This document shows, one piece after another, positions 52,846 to 61,382 of a DNA stretch of 63,982 nucleotides (the first letter of the stretch is position 1; each line of letters opens with the position of its first letter). Location of the stretch: positions 1 through 63,982 of IMG/VR virus record IMGVR_UViG_3300007190_000023. One strand, 5' to 3'. The notes beneath the pieces were generated by a model, which worked only from the letters and a program-made list of their open reading frames with translations, was not told where the DNA came from and did not search any database. The translations under genes and the position numbers were made by a program. The stretch comes from a virus.

Positions 52846-53154
52846 TCAATCTGGTTTCTTATAGAAGGGCTTATCTGTGATGTCATCTAGATGAGCGATA
52901 ACGAATGTTTGTTTAGGGAAGGTATGAGGGTGGGAGGAATGAAGGATACGGAGATGGTAAAGAGAATCCCTTATCTCTTTAATGACTTGAACCCTGAGCC
53001 AGATATCCTTGTCTCTGTATCTTTCTTGATACATGATGGTATCTCCTTGTTTGAATGAATTAGCTCTTTTGAACCCATAGGGAAGTATGGATTTGAGTTT
53101 ATCCTTACTCTTATCTTCACTGGTTCCCGGTTCAATGAATTGAGGATAAGTCAT
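52846..53154 (-). CDS. Early protein, member 1 of a three-gene paralogous set (102 aa)
   Basis: Complete ORF. It shares the pattern (G/R)D-(T/I)-I-x-(Y/F) ... V/I-I/V-K/Q-E ... L-x-L-x-x-x-S-S with the two upstream genes. Confidence 0.6.
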   Translation of the reverse strand: MTYPQFIEPGTSEDKSKDKLKSILPYGFKRANSFKQGDTIMYQERYRDKDIWLRVQVIKEIRDSLYHLRILHSSHPHTFPKQTFVIAHLDDITDKPFYKKPD

Positions 53155-53155
53155 A

Positions 53156-53488
53156 TCATTTCCTGATGAGCTTAACGTATTGACTGGAGACCAATGAAGG
53201 TAAGGTTCTGGTTAATCTCTTACCGGCATAGTAGAGGTCCTTTCTTGAAGAGAATTGAACCAGTAAGGTAAGGGTATCTTCTTCTTGTTGGACAACCTCT
53301 GCTTGAACCAGGATAGGGATAGGAGCCAGAGGGTGGCTATGGGTGAACCTGATAATGTCTCTGGGTTTGATGGAAGTGGGTTTTTGGTAGTAAGGGGAGT
53401 TAAGGAACATATGGGTAACGTTCTTTACTTTCTTACTATTCTTCCCGGTTCCAGCAAAAGCAGAGTTAGGTAAAGATTGGTTAGTCAT
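53156..53488 (-). CDS. Early protein, member 2 of the paralogous set (110 aa)
   Basis: Complete ORF starting 1 nt after the stop of the upstream gene would allow. It has the same by-eye pattern (KPRDIIRF...LVQAEVVQQEEDTLTLLVQFSS). Confidence 0.6.
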   Translation of the reverse strand: MTNQSLPNSAFAGTGKNSKKVKNVTHMFLNSPYYQKPTSIKPRDIIRFTHSHPLAPIPILVQAEVVQQEEDTLTLLVQFSSRKDLYYAGKRLTRTLPSLVSSQYVKLIRK

Positions 53489-53600
53489 TGCTCTTTCTTA
53501 AATAGATAAAGGAATAGGTCTCTAAGTTTACTTAATCCTTTATGGATAAGTCCTAAGGGAATCATCCAGATAAGTTGATAAGGTCTTAGGTTCATACGAC

Positions 53601-54335
53601 TTAGGCTCTTATGTTCTCTGGGAGGAGGTGAGGAGGAATCTTATGCAAGAAGGAAGGAGGAGCATATCTTAGAGTTCCTCGTAACCGTACATAACCTTCA
53701 GGAATTGAACCAGAATCAGGGAAGTGGAAGGTATTGGCTTTTATCTCATCTAATGAAGCAAACTCAATATCCTGTTCTGTATTGAGCTCCTGAGGGGGTT
53801 TAATGGCGACAGGAGGAATGGGGTTAGGTTTGATAGCGGTAGGTTGTTGGTAAGTTGGGGTGTTCTTCTGATGTTTTTTCTTTGGTTTACTGTTCTTATA
53901 GACAGTGGTAGTGCTTCTCCTTTGACGTCTCCTGGTTCCTGTTCTCTTAAAGAACTCCTGATCTCCTTTCTCTTTATAGAAGAGAAAGTGTTTCAACATC
54001 TCATCTCTACTCACATCCCCAGACCATCCTTCATGAGTGAGATGGCTTCCTTTACGGAATAGGGAGGAATGGTACCTGGTGAAGGTGAACAGGATTTCTT
54101 TAGCTAGGAACCCTGAAGCAGAGATACGTTGTAAGGATAGGGTTCTAGTCCCTGTAGAAGGCGACCATGACTCTTTGATGATCTTAGCCTTGATGTATCT
54201 GACTCCTGCCTTGAATCTCTTACCTCTGCGTTTAGGGGAGGTCATGTAAGCATAGTCTTTATTGAATGCTGGTTCCCTGAAGGAGATGATGTCTCCAGGG
54301 ATTGGGTAGTAACGATCTTGTAGCTTTGCGTTCAT
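53601..54335 (-). CDS. First early ORF; member 3 of the paralogous set with a basic/Pro-rich C-terminal extension (244 aa)
   Basis: Start moved to ATG 54335 (MNAKLQDRYYPIPGDIISF...), which has GGAG 7 nt upstream. The 36 upstream codons of the track ORF translate an AT-rich promoter/terminator region. Confidence 0.6.
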   Translation of the reverse strand: MNAKLQDRYYPIPGDIISFREPAFNKDYAYMTSPKRRGKRFKAGVRYIKAKIIKESWSPSTGTRTLSLQRISASGFLAKEILFTFTRYHSSLFRKGSHLTHEGWSGDVSRDEMLKHFLFYKEKGDQEFFKRTGTRRRQRRSTTTVYKNSKPKKKHQKNTPTYQQPTAIKPNPIPPVAIKPPQELNTEQDIEFASLDEIKANTFHFPDSGSIPEGYVRLRGTLRYAPPSFLHKIPPHLLPENIRA

Positions 54336-54436
54336 GTCAACACTCCATCTGATTGATTGATGATTGATAAGCTTTTTATTCTTACTGATATATTTATATT
54401 TATATATACGTATATACAGTAAATAAAGGCTCTTCC

Positions 54437-54471
54437 AAAACAAAACCCCATCAGCAAAAGCTCATGGGGTT
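54437..54471 (-). terminator. Strong intrinsic terminator, leftward, upstream of the first early ORF
   Basis: The minus strand reads aaccccat-gagcttttgctg-atggggtt (8-bp stem, 54444-54451 / 54464-54471), followed by TTTTGTTTT. Confidence 0.7.
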
Positions 54472-54535
54472 CTTATGGTTTAGGTATAGGGATGTTTCTA
54501 TTGTTAGTACACTCAGTACATTTACAAATTACAGG

Positions 54536-54570
54536 CAACAAAATAAAGAGGGACTTGTAGTTGCCTCTTT
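54536..54570 (-). terminator. Second leftward (possibly bidirectional) intrinsic terminator
   Basis: Stem aagagg (54546-54551) / cctctt (54564-54569). It is followed by TTTATTTTGTT on the minus strand and TTTTT on the plus strand. Confidence 0.5.
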
Positions 54571-54605
54571 TTAGCTGTTAGTAGGGTTTTTTAAAATTCA
54601 TGGGG

Positions 54606-54635
54606 AGGGAAACACATACCTATTTTCCCTTTTTT
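54606..54635 (+). terminator. Rightward intrinsic terminator-like hairpin
   Basis: Stem agggaaa (54606-54612) / tttccct (54624-54630), followed by TTTTT. Confidence 0.5.
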
Positions 54636-54639
54636 CTGA

Positions 54640-55698
54640 ATTTTAGACACAACTATCCTCTAATGATTGTACTGCCTCTTGCTCTAACTACCGATCTAGA
54701 ACCGTTACTTCCAGCCTGTTTGGAGGAACCAAAGCACGTGGAGTCTACTGAAAGAGAGACAGAAGAGACCAAAAGATAAGATTAGGTGACTCTACTCTGT
54801 GGACTGTTGCCTGAATTGTGAAAGAACACCCCATCTCACAATAGATGGGTGTTTGTGAAATATTTACCGGCAATGCTGATAAGCTCCGGGGTACATCAAT
54901 GGTTTCGCGTTATGACTGTTACTTAGCAGACCCAGCCCTTACAAGAGGAATCCGGGGAAACGTAGATAAGTGGTTAGCCATTCATATTCCCTATGAGGCA
55001 ATGCCCTACTTGGACACCACAACATAAGGTGCTTCCTAGCTATCCCCCCTTCCCGTATTGATTAGTAGGAGGGTGCATCCTCATCTTTATAAAGCAGTGC
55101 TCTTCTAAGCACATAGTCCAGAGGATGCCCACGGTAGTCAGAAGGGATAAGCTTTTCACAAACGTGAGCGATAAGTACATGGTACCCACCCTCAATGTAA
55201 GGTAGTGTCTCCTAGCCCTACACTCTCACCCCTTAAAACCGCCGTTCTCGATATTTGTTGGCAATGGCTCCTTAGGTTATCTTGGGTCAAGAATTTAGGT
55301 GCAAACCTGCTCTTGTGTATCCTACGCCCCTCAAACTTGGACTCCTCCCCTAGCCATGTGTACCCTAGGCTAGGTCAGCATCCCTATGAACTATAGAAGA
55401 GATGCCAGGAGGCTTGACCACAACACTCAGCCCTTACCCTAAGGATTCCTCACCTTGGTTCACCTAAATATTAGCCAAGGTCACGGTTTATCCTCAGATA
55501 AGCTGTCCCCCTTCTATCTACATTGTTGAGAAGACAACATAGATAACCTGAAGGGTTCTGTCCTCGTAGGTATCCATCCTACCCTCACCCAAAGATGAAC
55601 TTCTGGATGTGCTTATTGGGTCTCATAGCCTTTCGCCAAGTGTCGGCCCAATAAGAGGAAGCCAGAGGGTAACGTAAACCAAAAGGGTTAGTCAAGGG
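54640..55698. other. ORF-free, GC-richer, hairpin-dense block: candidate large structured RNA and/or genome terminus with early promoters
   Basis: No ORF has an RBS, and stops of all three types occur in every frame. Hand GC counts give 48-58% per 60-nt line, against about 35-40% in neighbouring genes. There is a series of perfect 5-10-bp helices (listed in the findings). The strand is undetermined. Confidence 0.4.
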
Positions 55699-55767
55699 GT
55701 GTGTTACACTTTTTTAAGTAAATCGTGTAAAAATCTGACATTCCCCTTATTTAATGTGGCTACAACA

Positions 55768-56463
55768 ATGACAATGAAGAAGATTCACCCATCCAGAGCA
55801 CTCTACACAGCAGAGGAGCTGACCTTAGACAAGCTGAAGGGGAGCCTTCCTAAGCACATCAGGGACTACACCACACAGGAGACCTATGAGAAGGTGGTAG
55901 GGATGCTGAATGGGGATGCAGAGCTTAAGAGACAGGTAGCACAGAACGTCAAGCTGATAGAAGAAGGAGATGGAATCAGGCTAGATGAACTGGTCAAGGC
56001 TACAGCCTTTGTGACGTTCAGGCTTCAGGGAATGAACAACAAGGAGGCATGGTCAGAGGTATTCCCTGAACTGGCGTACAAGTACAGTGACCAGTTTGGA
56101 GCCAGAGGGGTTCCACAGAGAGCCAAGGCATATGCTAACTCTAGGCTTGTAGTGAAGCTGATGGAGCATTCCATTATCCCGAGTTGGATTAGGAATCATG
56201 GGGCTTATCAGGAGGCAGTGGATACACAGCTAGACTTGATGAGAAATGCACATAGTGAGACTGTAAGACAGAAGGCAGCAGACAGTTTGATGACTCATTT
56301 GGCTAAACCAGAGAAAGGAGTTCCACAGGTTCAGATTGAAGTGAATGAAACCTCAGGGCTCAATGAGATTAAAGAGATGCTGGATTCACTGGCTATGAAC
56401 CAGAGGAAGAGTATTATTGAAGGAACCCCTGTGAAAGATATTACAGATATAGAGGTTTCTTGA
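55768..56463 (+). CDS. Putative small terminase subunit (about 231 aa)
   Basis: First gene of the rightward module, ending 1 nt before the large terminase start. The start was set at the first ATG (55768), because the track start at 55699 is a GTG in the non-coding leader. No strict motif was recognised. Confidence 0.5.
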   Translation: MTMKKIHPSRALYTAEELTLDKLKGSLPKHIRDYTTQETYEKVVGMLNGDAELKRQVAQNVKLIEEGDGIRLDELVKATAFVTFRLQGMNNKEAWSEVFPELAYKYSDQFGARGVPQRAKAYANSRLVVKLMEHSIIPSWIRNHGAYQEAVDTQLDLMRNAHSETVRQKAADSLMTHLAKPEKGVPQVQIEVNETSGLNEIKEMLDSLAMNQRKSIIEGTPVKDITDIEVS

Positions 56464-56464
56464 T

Positions 56465-58108
56465 ATGGGAGCAATGAAAGAGAGTGATAAGAAAGCTACC
56501 TTAAAAAAGGAGAAGAAAAGCCTTCATCATCATTTAGATGATGTGGATTATGCTTGGTTGAACAGTAATAAATATACTCCTTATCAGGAGTCATTGAAGT
56601 TCATGAACTTCATTAAGTTAGTGAATGGGCATAGGAAAGAAGGAAATAAAACTCCACCCATGCACCTTAGGATGATTGACAAGCTGGTTGAAGATAGAAA
56701 CTATGTAGCAAATCTCTGCTTCCGTGGTTCAGGGAAGACCACATTATTTATGGAGTACCTGGTTCTTTATTTGGCAATGTTTGGAGAATGGCCTCATCTA
56801 GGCAAGGTTCATGGGGTTCTGTACATATCAGACTCAATGGATAACGGAGCCAAGAGTGCAAGGAAGAACATTGAGTTCCGGTTCAATGAAAGTGATTTCT
56901 TGCAGGAATGGATACCAGAAGCTAAGTTCACAGATGGAATGCTTGAGTTCAAGAACAAAGCAGGACATCAATTAGGAGTGAGGTTGTTTGGTGCAACAAC
57001 AGGGCTACGAGGAACCAAGATATACGGGAAGAGACCTGTTATAGCGATTCTGGATGATCTGGTCAGTGATGAGATGGCAAGGAGCAAAGTCACAATGAAT
57101 CTCATTAGGGACACTGTATATAAAGGAGTCAATCATGCATTGGACCCTACCAAGAGGAAGGTCATCTTTAATGGAACCCCATTCAATAAGGATGATGTAT
57201 TGGTAGAAGCAGTAGAGAGTGGAGGTTGGAACATTAACGTATGGCCTGTCTGTGAAAAGTTCCCTTGTCCTAGGGAGGAATTCAGAGGAGCTTGGGAAGA
57301 CAGGTTCAGTTATGATTACATCCAAGATCAATATGATTTAGCTGTAGCAACAGGGAAGACAGATGCTTTCTATCAGGAGTTAATGCTTAGGTTAAGCAAT
57401 GATGAAGATAGACTCATACAGGAAGCAGAGATCGGGTTCTATAGCAGACAGGCTCTATTGAGCCAGAGAGAGAAGTACAATTTCTATATCACCACTGACT
57501 TTGCAGTGAGTGCCAGACAATCAGCAGATTTCAATGTGATTTCTGTTTGGGCGTATGGAGGAGACAAGAATTGGTACTGGGTAGATGGGATATGTAAAAG
57601 ACAAACACTTGACAGGACAATAGAAAGCCTGTTTAATCTGGTCACTGAATATGAGCCTCAGCAAGTAGGAATAGAGATTGCAGGGCAACAAGGAGGGTTC
57701 ATACAGTGGATTCAGAAAGAGATGGCACAAAGGGATATCTGGTTTAACTTCGCCAGTAACAGCCCTAACAAGACAACACCAGGGATAAGACCAGTGAAGG
57801 ATAAGCTCTCACGGTTCAATCGGGTTGTTCCCCTGTTCAAGCAGGGAAAGATCAAGTTCCCTCAGGAGATGCAGGGTTCCATCGTAGTAGGAGAGTTCCT
57901 ACAAGAATTGAGACTAGTCACTCATAGCGGGATTAAAGGCAAAGATGACTGCCTTGATACGATCTCAATGCTAAGTGACTTAGACCCTTGGAACCCAGTA
58001 GGCTCAGCAGAACCTACTACAATCAGCACTCCTCAATCCCCCTTATGGGATGACCATACACATGAACAGAGAACAGGCCAGACAGGCTATGAGAGCTACA
58101 TAGTATGA
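56465..58108 (+). CDS. Large terminase subunit (547 aa)
   Basis: Walker A CFRGSGKTTL and Walker B-like VIAILDDLVSDE. The C-terminal RNaseH-like nuclease segment has YITTDFAVS...DFNVISVW and GKDDCLDT. Confidence 0.85.
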   Translation: MGAMKESDKKATLKKEKKSLHHHLDDVDYAWLNSNKYTPYQESLKFMNFIKLVNGHRKEGNKTPPMHLRMIDKLVEDRNYVANLCFRGSGKTTLFMEYLVLYLAMFGEWPHLGKVHGVLYISDSMDNGAKSARKNIEFRFNESDFLQEWIPEAKFTDGMLEFKNKAGHQLGVRLFGATTGLRGTKIYGKRPVIAILDDLVSDEMARSKVTMNLIRDTVYKGVNHALDPTKRKVIFNGTPFNKDDVLVEAVESGGWNINVWPVCEKFPCPREEFRGAWEDRFSYDYIQDQYDLAVATGKTDAFYQELMLRLSNDEDRLIQEAEIGFYSRQALLSQREKYNFYITTDFAVSARQSADFNVISVWAYGGDKNWYWVDGICKRQTLDRTIESLFNLVTEYEPQQVGIEIAGQQGGFIQWIQKEMAQRDIWFNFASNSPNKTTPGIRPVKDKLSRFNRVVPLFKQGKIKFPQEMQGSIVVGEFLQELRLVTHSGIKGKDDCLDTISMLSDLDPWNPVGSAEPTTISTPQSPLWDDHTHEQRTGQTGYESYIV

Positions 58109-58833
58109 GCATGACTCTAACCCAGTGGTTCCAGAGACTCTCTCTGATCGAGTTCAGTAATCTTGAACTGGGTCAAGATGGGTTGGGACAGGTTGATTGG
58201 AAAGATGTACGGAAGATGGTCTCTTTGATGAATGAGGGACTACTGACTCTGTATACCCGATACAACCTGAATGAGAAGGTTCTGCTTCTTGAGCAGATAG
58301 CACATAGGACTGATTACCCGCTTCTAAGCCTTTATGCAGAGAGCCAGTACGTAGCAGGTAGTGGTACCCCAGGGTACATCAAGGACAGTCTTACAGAGCC
58401 ATACAAGGACGATCTGTTGAAGGTATTGAAGGTAGTAGACTCAAGTCAGAGATGGGTTCCATTGAATGAAGATATGAACCCGAACAGCATCTTCACCATT
58501 CAATACAATGTACTTAGAATCCCTGTCCCATTGGATGGAGATTTACTTTATGTGTGTTATCAAGCAAGACATCCAGAGTTGATTGTCAGCGATACATTGA
58601 AGTTGACTGACTTAGATCAGAAGATCGAATTACCCGAGGTTCTGCATATTGCCTTTATGCATTATCTTTCCCATAGGCTCTACGGCTCCATGAATACAGA
58701 GACATCTGTACAAAGGAGCAGAGACTACTATCAGTTATTCCTTGAAGAGTGTAAAGCTGCTCTTGAGGAAGATACTGTTAAGAGTTCTAAACTCAATACC
58801 CCCGATAAATTTACTTCTAGAGGTTGGATATAA
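58105..58833 (+). CDS. Virion structural protein (242 aa), adaptor/neck candidate
   Basis: Complete ORF coupled to the terminase (overlap 58105-58108) and lying upstream of the fibre genes. The assignment rests on position only. Confidence 0.55.
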   Translation: MSMTLTQWFQRLSLIEFSNLELGQDGLGQVDWKDVRKMVSLMNEGLLTLYTRYNLNEKVLLLEQIAHRTDYPLLSLYAESQYVAGSGTPGYIKDSLTEPYKDDLLKVLKVVDSSQRWVPLNEDMNPNSIFTIQYNVLRIPVPLDGDLLYVCYQARHPELIVSDTLKLTDLDQKIELPEVLHIAFMHYLSHRLYGSMNTETSVQRSRDYYQLFLEECKAALEEDTVKSSKLNTPDKFTSRGWI

Positions 58834-61382
58834 TGCCTACAGTAACTTACCCCTACGGAACCAGTGAAACCTTTGTAGTTGATAAGGTACTGGGAGCAAG
58901 CTATCAGACTGTGAAGTTTGTAGCTGCCAACATGCATATCATTAAGCATGTATCTGATAACAGTCAGACCATCTTTGATGTACATGAACATCTCAATGAG
59001 ATTGTAAAGGTAGCTGGTTCAATCCAACATCTGGTAGAGATTTCCAAGAAGTTGATTCAACTGATGGAGATTCATGGAAAGCTCCCTGAGTTGATGGACT
59101 TGTGGGCTCATCTAAATGAGTTCATGGAGCTTCATACACATCTTCAGAAGTTCTTGCATTTGTATGCAGAGAGAGATAAGTGGTATACGCTTTACAATGA
59201 GAAAGATAAGTTCATTGCTCTCTACAACAATCTGACTAAGTTCCAAGTTCTGTATGACCATATTGCAGAGATTATCTCTCTTGAAAGTATCAAGACTGAA
59301 CTGGTCGCTCTGTATGGTAAGTTGCCAGAACTTCAGGCTATCTTTGATGATTTGAGCAAGCTGAATGCTCTCTATGACAAACTTCCTAAGCTGGAAGATT
59401 TGCATGGAAAGATTGCAGTGATGGATACCTTGTTCGCCAATATGAGCAAACTGGTAGAGGTTCATGCCAAGTTGCCTATTATTAGTACTGTGCATTCTAA
59501 GCTGCCTGTGCTAGAGGTTATTAACAGCAATCAAACCAAGCTGGATAGTATCTATAACAACCTTACGGCCCTGAATGCGATCTATCAGCATGAAGGAGCA
59601 TTGTTGGATATTCATGCTAACTTGCCTGATCTCCTTGATCTGCTGAACCTGGTGTTTGACCCTAACTGGACTCCGGTTCTGCCTTCTAATTCTATTAATG
59701 TTAATAACAATAAGGTAGTGAGTCTTAGGGTAGACCCTAACCCTAATAACATCATTCAAGTGGGTTTGAATGGGGTATTGGTAGATGGTTCTTCTATCAG
59801 TTCTGGGGGAGTTAACTTTACTCCTGTGAACCCATTGGAGTTGGATGGGAGTGATAATCTGAAGTTGAAGCTTGCTACAGGCAATAATCTACTTTCGGTT
59901 CAAGCTTCAGGGATTAAAGGGGAAGTTATTACAGAGAACAGCAATTCAGTTACTTTGGCTGGTAACGGTTCAACAGGAAGTAAGTTGAAGGGAGAAGTGA
60001 AGCTTGACCCTGCTGCTGATAACATGCTCTCTGTAGGTTCAGCAGGGATTACAGCTAAAGCAGGAACCGTAGCAAATAAGATTCCTGTAGCGGCTCCTAT
60101 TCATAAGATTAACAACAACACTGTATTGGCTCTGAATCTATCGAGTGATAGCTGGAACCTCAATACAATCACATCTAATAGCTTGTTGACCCGGCTCTAC
60201 TACTCTGATACTACTTCAATTGATTTAACAGGTAAGGGGACTCAAGCAGACCCTCTGAAGGGGATAGTTAAAACCCATTCCACAGGTGCACTCAAAACAG
60301 ATAGCAATGGCCTGTATCTTGATCTATCTGTGGACCCTGCTGGTACGGTGGAGTTTACAGGTAATGGGAGTTCAACATCCAAGCTTAAAGGCAATGTTAA
60401 GTTAGCCCCTAATAATGGGGCAGCTACTAATGCCTTACAGGCTGTGGGTGGAGCTCTCTATGTAAATACCTATATAGCACATTCACCTTATCTGCATCTT
60501 ACTGGGGGTTCAGCTACTGACAGGTTTGGTGTTCCTACTGCCGCTAATAGAGCAGAAACCACAGCAGAACTGGGGGTAGCTTTAGGAGCCCAGAGTACAG
60601 TAACTCATAGTAAGGGGGTTGCTATTGGACATGCCAGTCAATCCTTTGAAGCTAATGGAATCTCTGTGGGTAGTCCCTCAATCAAGAGGAAGATATCCAA
60701 TGTAGCTCCTGCTACTGAACCACACCAGGCTGTCACCAAGGCTCAATTGGATTCTGCTACAGGCTCAATAGATACTTCTGCATTGGTAAAGAAAGCAGGG
60801 GATACTATGACAGGAGCACTTACTTGGGAAATAGATACCTTTGTCTCAGGTTCTGTTAATTTTAATAAAAGTACTGCTTACAAGATCAGAGATCAGGGGA
60901 GTAATCACTCATACATAGTAACTACTAATTCTGCCTACACTCAAAGAAGTCTTGAATGGCTTAAAGCATCTGACTTAAGTCAGCCAATTAACTCAAGTAA
61001 TACTGATTTCTTGGCCTCTCTCTCTACTTCAGGCGTTTTCTCTGCAAGGGTTCTAACTGCATTGGGTAATGTTGTTCTTAGCTCAAAGAAGATTAAGAAA
61101 GACATTAAGGATATGCCATTCTCTTTCTCTACTATTGAAGCTCTCCGTCCTGTGAGTTTTAAATACAGTCTTGACTATGCAACAGACAAAGAGCAATTAG
61201 GGTTCATTGCAGAAGAAGTGGAAGAAATCTTACCCAATCTTGTAGATGAATGTGACCAGATGGGGGTAAGTAATGTAAAGAGTTTGAACATGGTTCAACT
61301 TATCCCTTTGTTGGTCAAAGCAGTTCAAGAATTGAAGTCAGAACTGGATGTGCTTAAGGGGGAGAGAAGCAATGTCAGATAA
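58824..61382 (+). CDS. Tail fibre/spike with a C-terminal intramolecular chaperone (peptidase S74-type) domain, 852 aa
   Basis: The C-terminus LSSKKIKKDIKDMPFSFSTIEALRPVSFKYSLDYATDKEQLGFIAEEVEEILPNLV matches the auto-cleaving chaperone domain of endosialidase-type fibres. The N-terminal part has Leu-rich helical repeats and the middle has G-N-G-S-x-x-S-K-L-K-G repeats. Confidence 0.8.
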   Translation: MDIMPTVTYPYGTSETFVVDKVLGASYQTVKFVAANMHIIKHVSDNSQTIFDVHEHLNEIVKVAGSIQHLVEISKKLIQLMEIHGKLPELMDLWAHLNEFMELHTHLQKFLHLYAERDKWYTLYNEKDKFIALYNNLTKFQVLYDHIAEIISLESIKTELVALYGKLPELQAIFDDLSKLNALYDKLPKLEDLHGKIAVMDTLFANMSKLVEVHAKLPIISTVHSKLPVLEVINSNQTKLDSIYNNLTALNAIYQHEGALLDIHANLPDLLDLLNLVFDPNWTPVLPSNSINVNNNKVVSLRVDPNPNNIIQVGLNGVLVDGSSISSGGVNFTPVNPLELDGSDNLKLKLATGNNLLSVQASGIKGEVITENSNSVTLAGNGSTGSKLKGEVKLDPAADNMLSVGSAGITAKAGTVANKIPVAAPIHKINNNTVLALNLSSDSWNLNTITSNSLLTRLYYSDTTSIDLTGKGTQADPLKGIVKTHSTGALKTDSNGLYLDLSVDPAGTVEFTGNGSSTSKLKGNVKLAPNNGAATNALQAVGGALYVNTYIAHSPYLHLTGGSATDRFGVPTAANRAETTAELGVALGAQSTVTHSKGVAIGHASQSFEANGISVGSPSIKRKISNVAPATEPHQAVTKAQLDSATGSIDTSALVKKAGDTMTGALTWEIDTFVSGSVNFNKSTAYKIRDQGSNHSYIVTTNSAYTQRSLEWLKASDLSQPINSSNTDFLASLSTSGVFSARVLTALGNVVLSSKKIKKDIKDMPFSFSTIEALRPVSFKYSLDYATDKEQLGFIAEEVEEILPNLVDECDQMGVSNVKSLNMVQLIPLLVKAVQELKSELDVLKGERSNVR

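Noticed and set aside
52494-52886. Three mutually overlapping minus-strand ORFs (130, 83 and 60 aa) downstream of the early paralogue set.
   Set aside because: They cannot all be real. The 130-aa and 83-aa ORFs lack an ATG and RBS (one starts with TTG overlapping the upstream stop) and translate repeat-motif DNA. Only the inner 34-aa TM peptide with an AGGAG RBS was kept, at low confidence.
29739-54335. A search for lysogeny or mobile-element functions (integrase, repressor, transposase, att-like repeats).
   Set aside because: No recombinase-like motifs or flanking direct repeats were recognised in any ORF. The gene content is that of a virulent N4-like phage.
54600-55396. Three short plus-strand ORFs in the ORF-free block: 54600-54779 (59 aa, unlisted), 54845-55027 and 55205-55396. 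The last two are in the same frame, suggesting a gene broken by read-through stops or a reassigned stop codon.
   Set aside because: No Shine-Dalgarno sequence precedes any of them, although real genes in this genome typically have AGGAG/GGAG. The gap between the in-frame pair contains TAA and TAG stops repeatedly, so no single reassignment rescues it. The first ORF starts inside a terminator hairpin.
54640-55698. Possible identification of the structured block as a known RNA: group I or II intron, tmRNA, RNase P RNA or an rRNA fragment.
   Set aside because: By eye there is no tRNA-like 3' end with GGTTCGA...CCA, no RNase P P4 signature (GAGGAAAGTCC-like), no group II 5' GUGYG with a domain V-like hairpin, and no interrupted host gene flanking it. 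This is a weak rejection, and covariance-model searches are still required.
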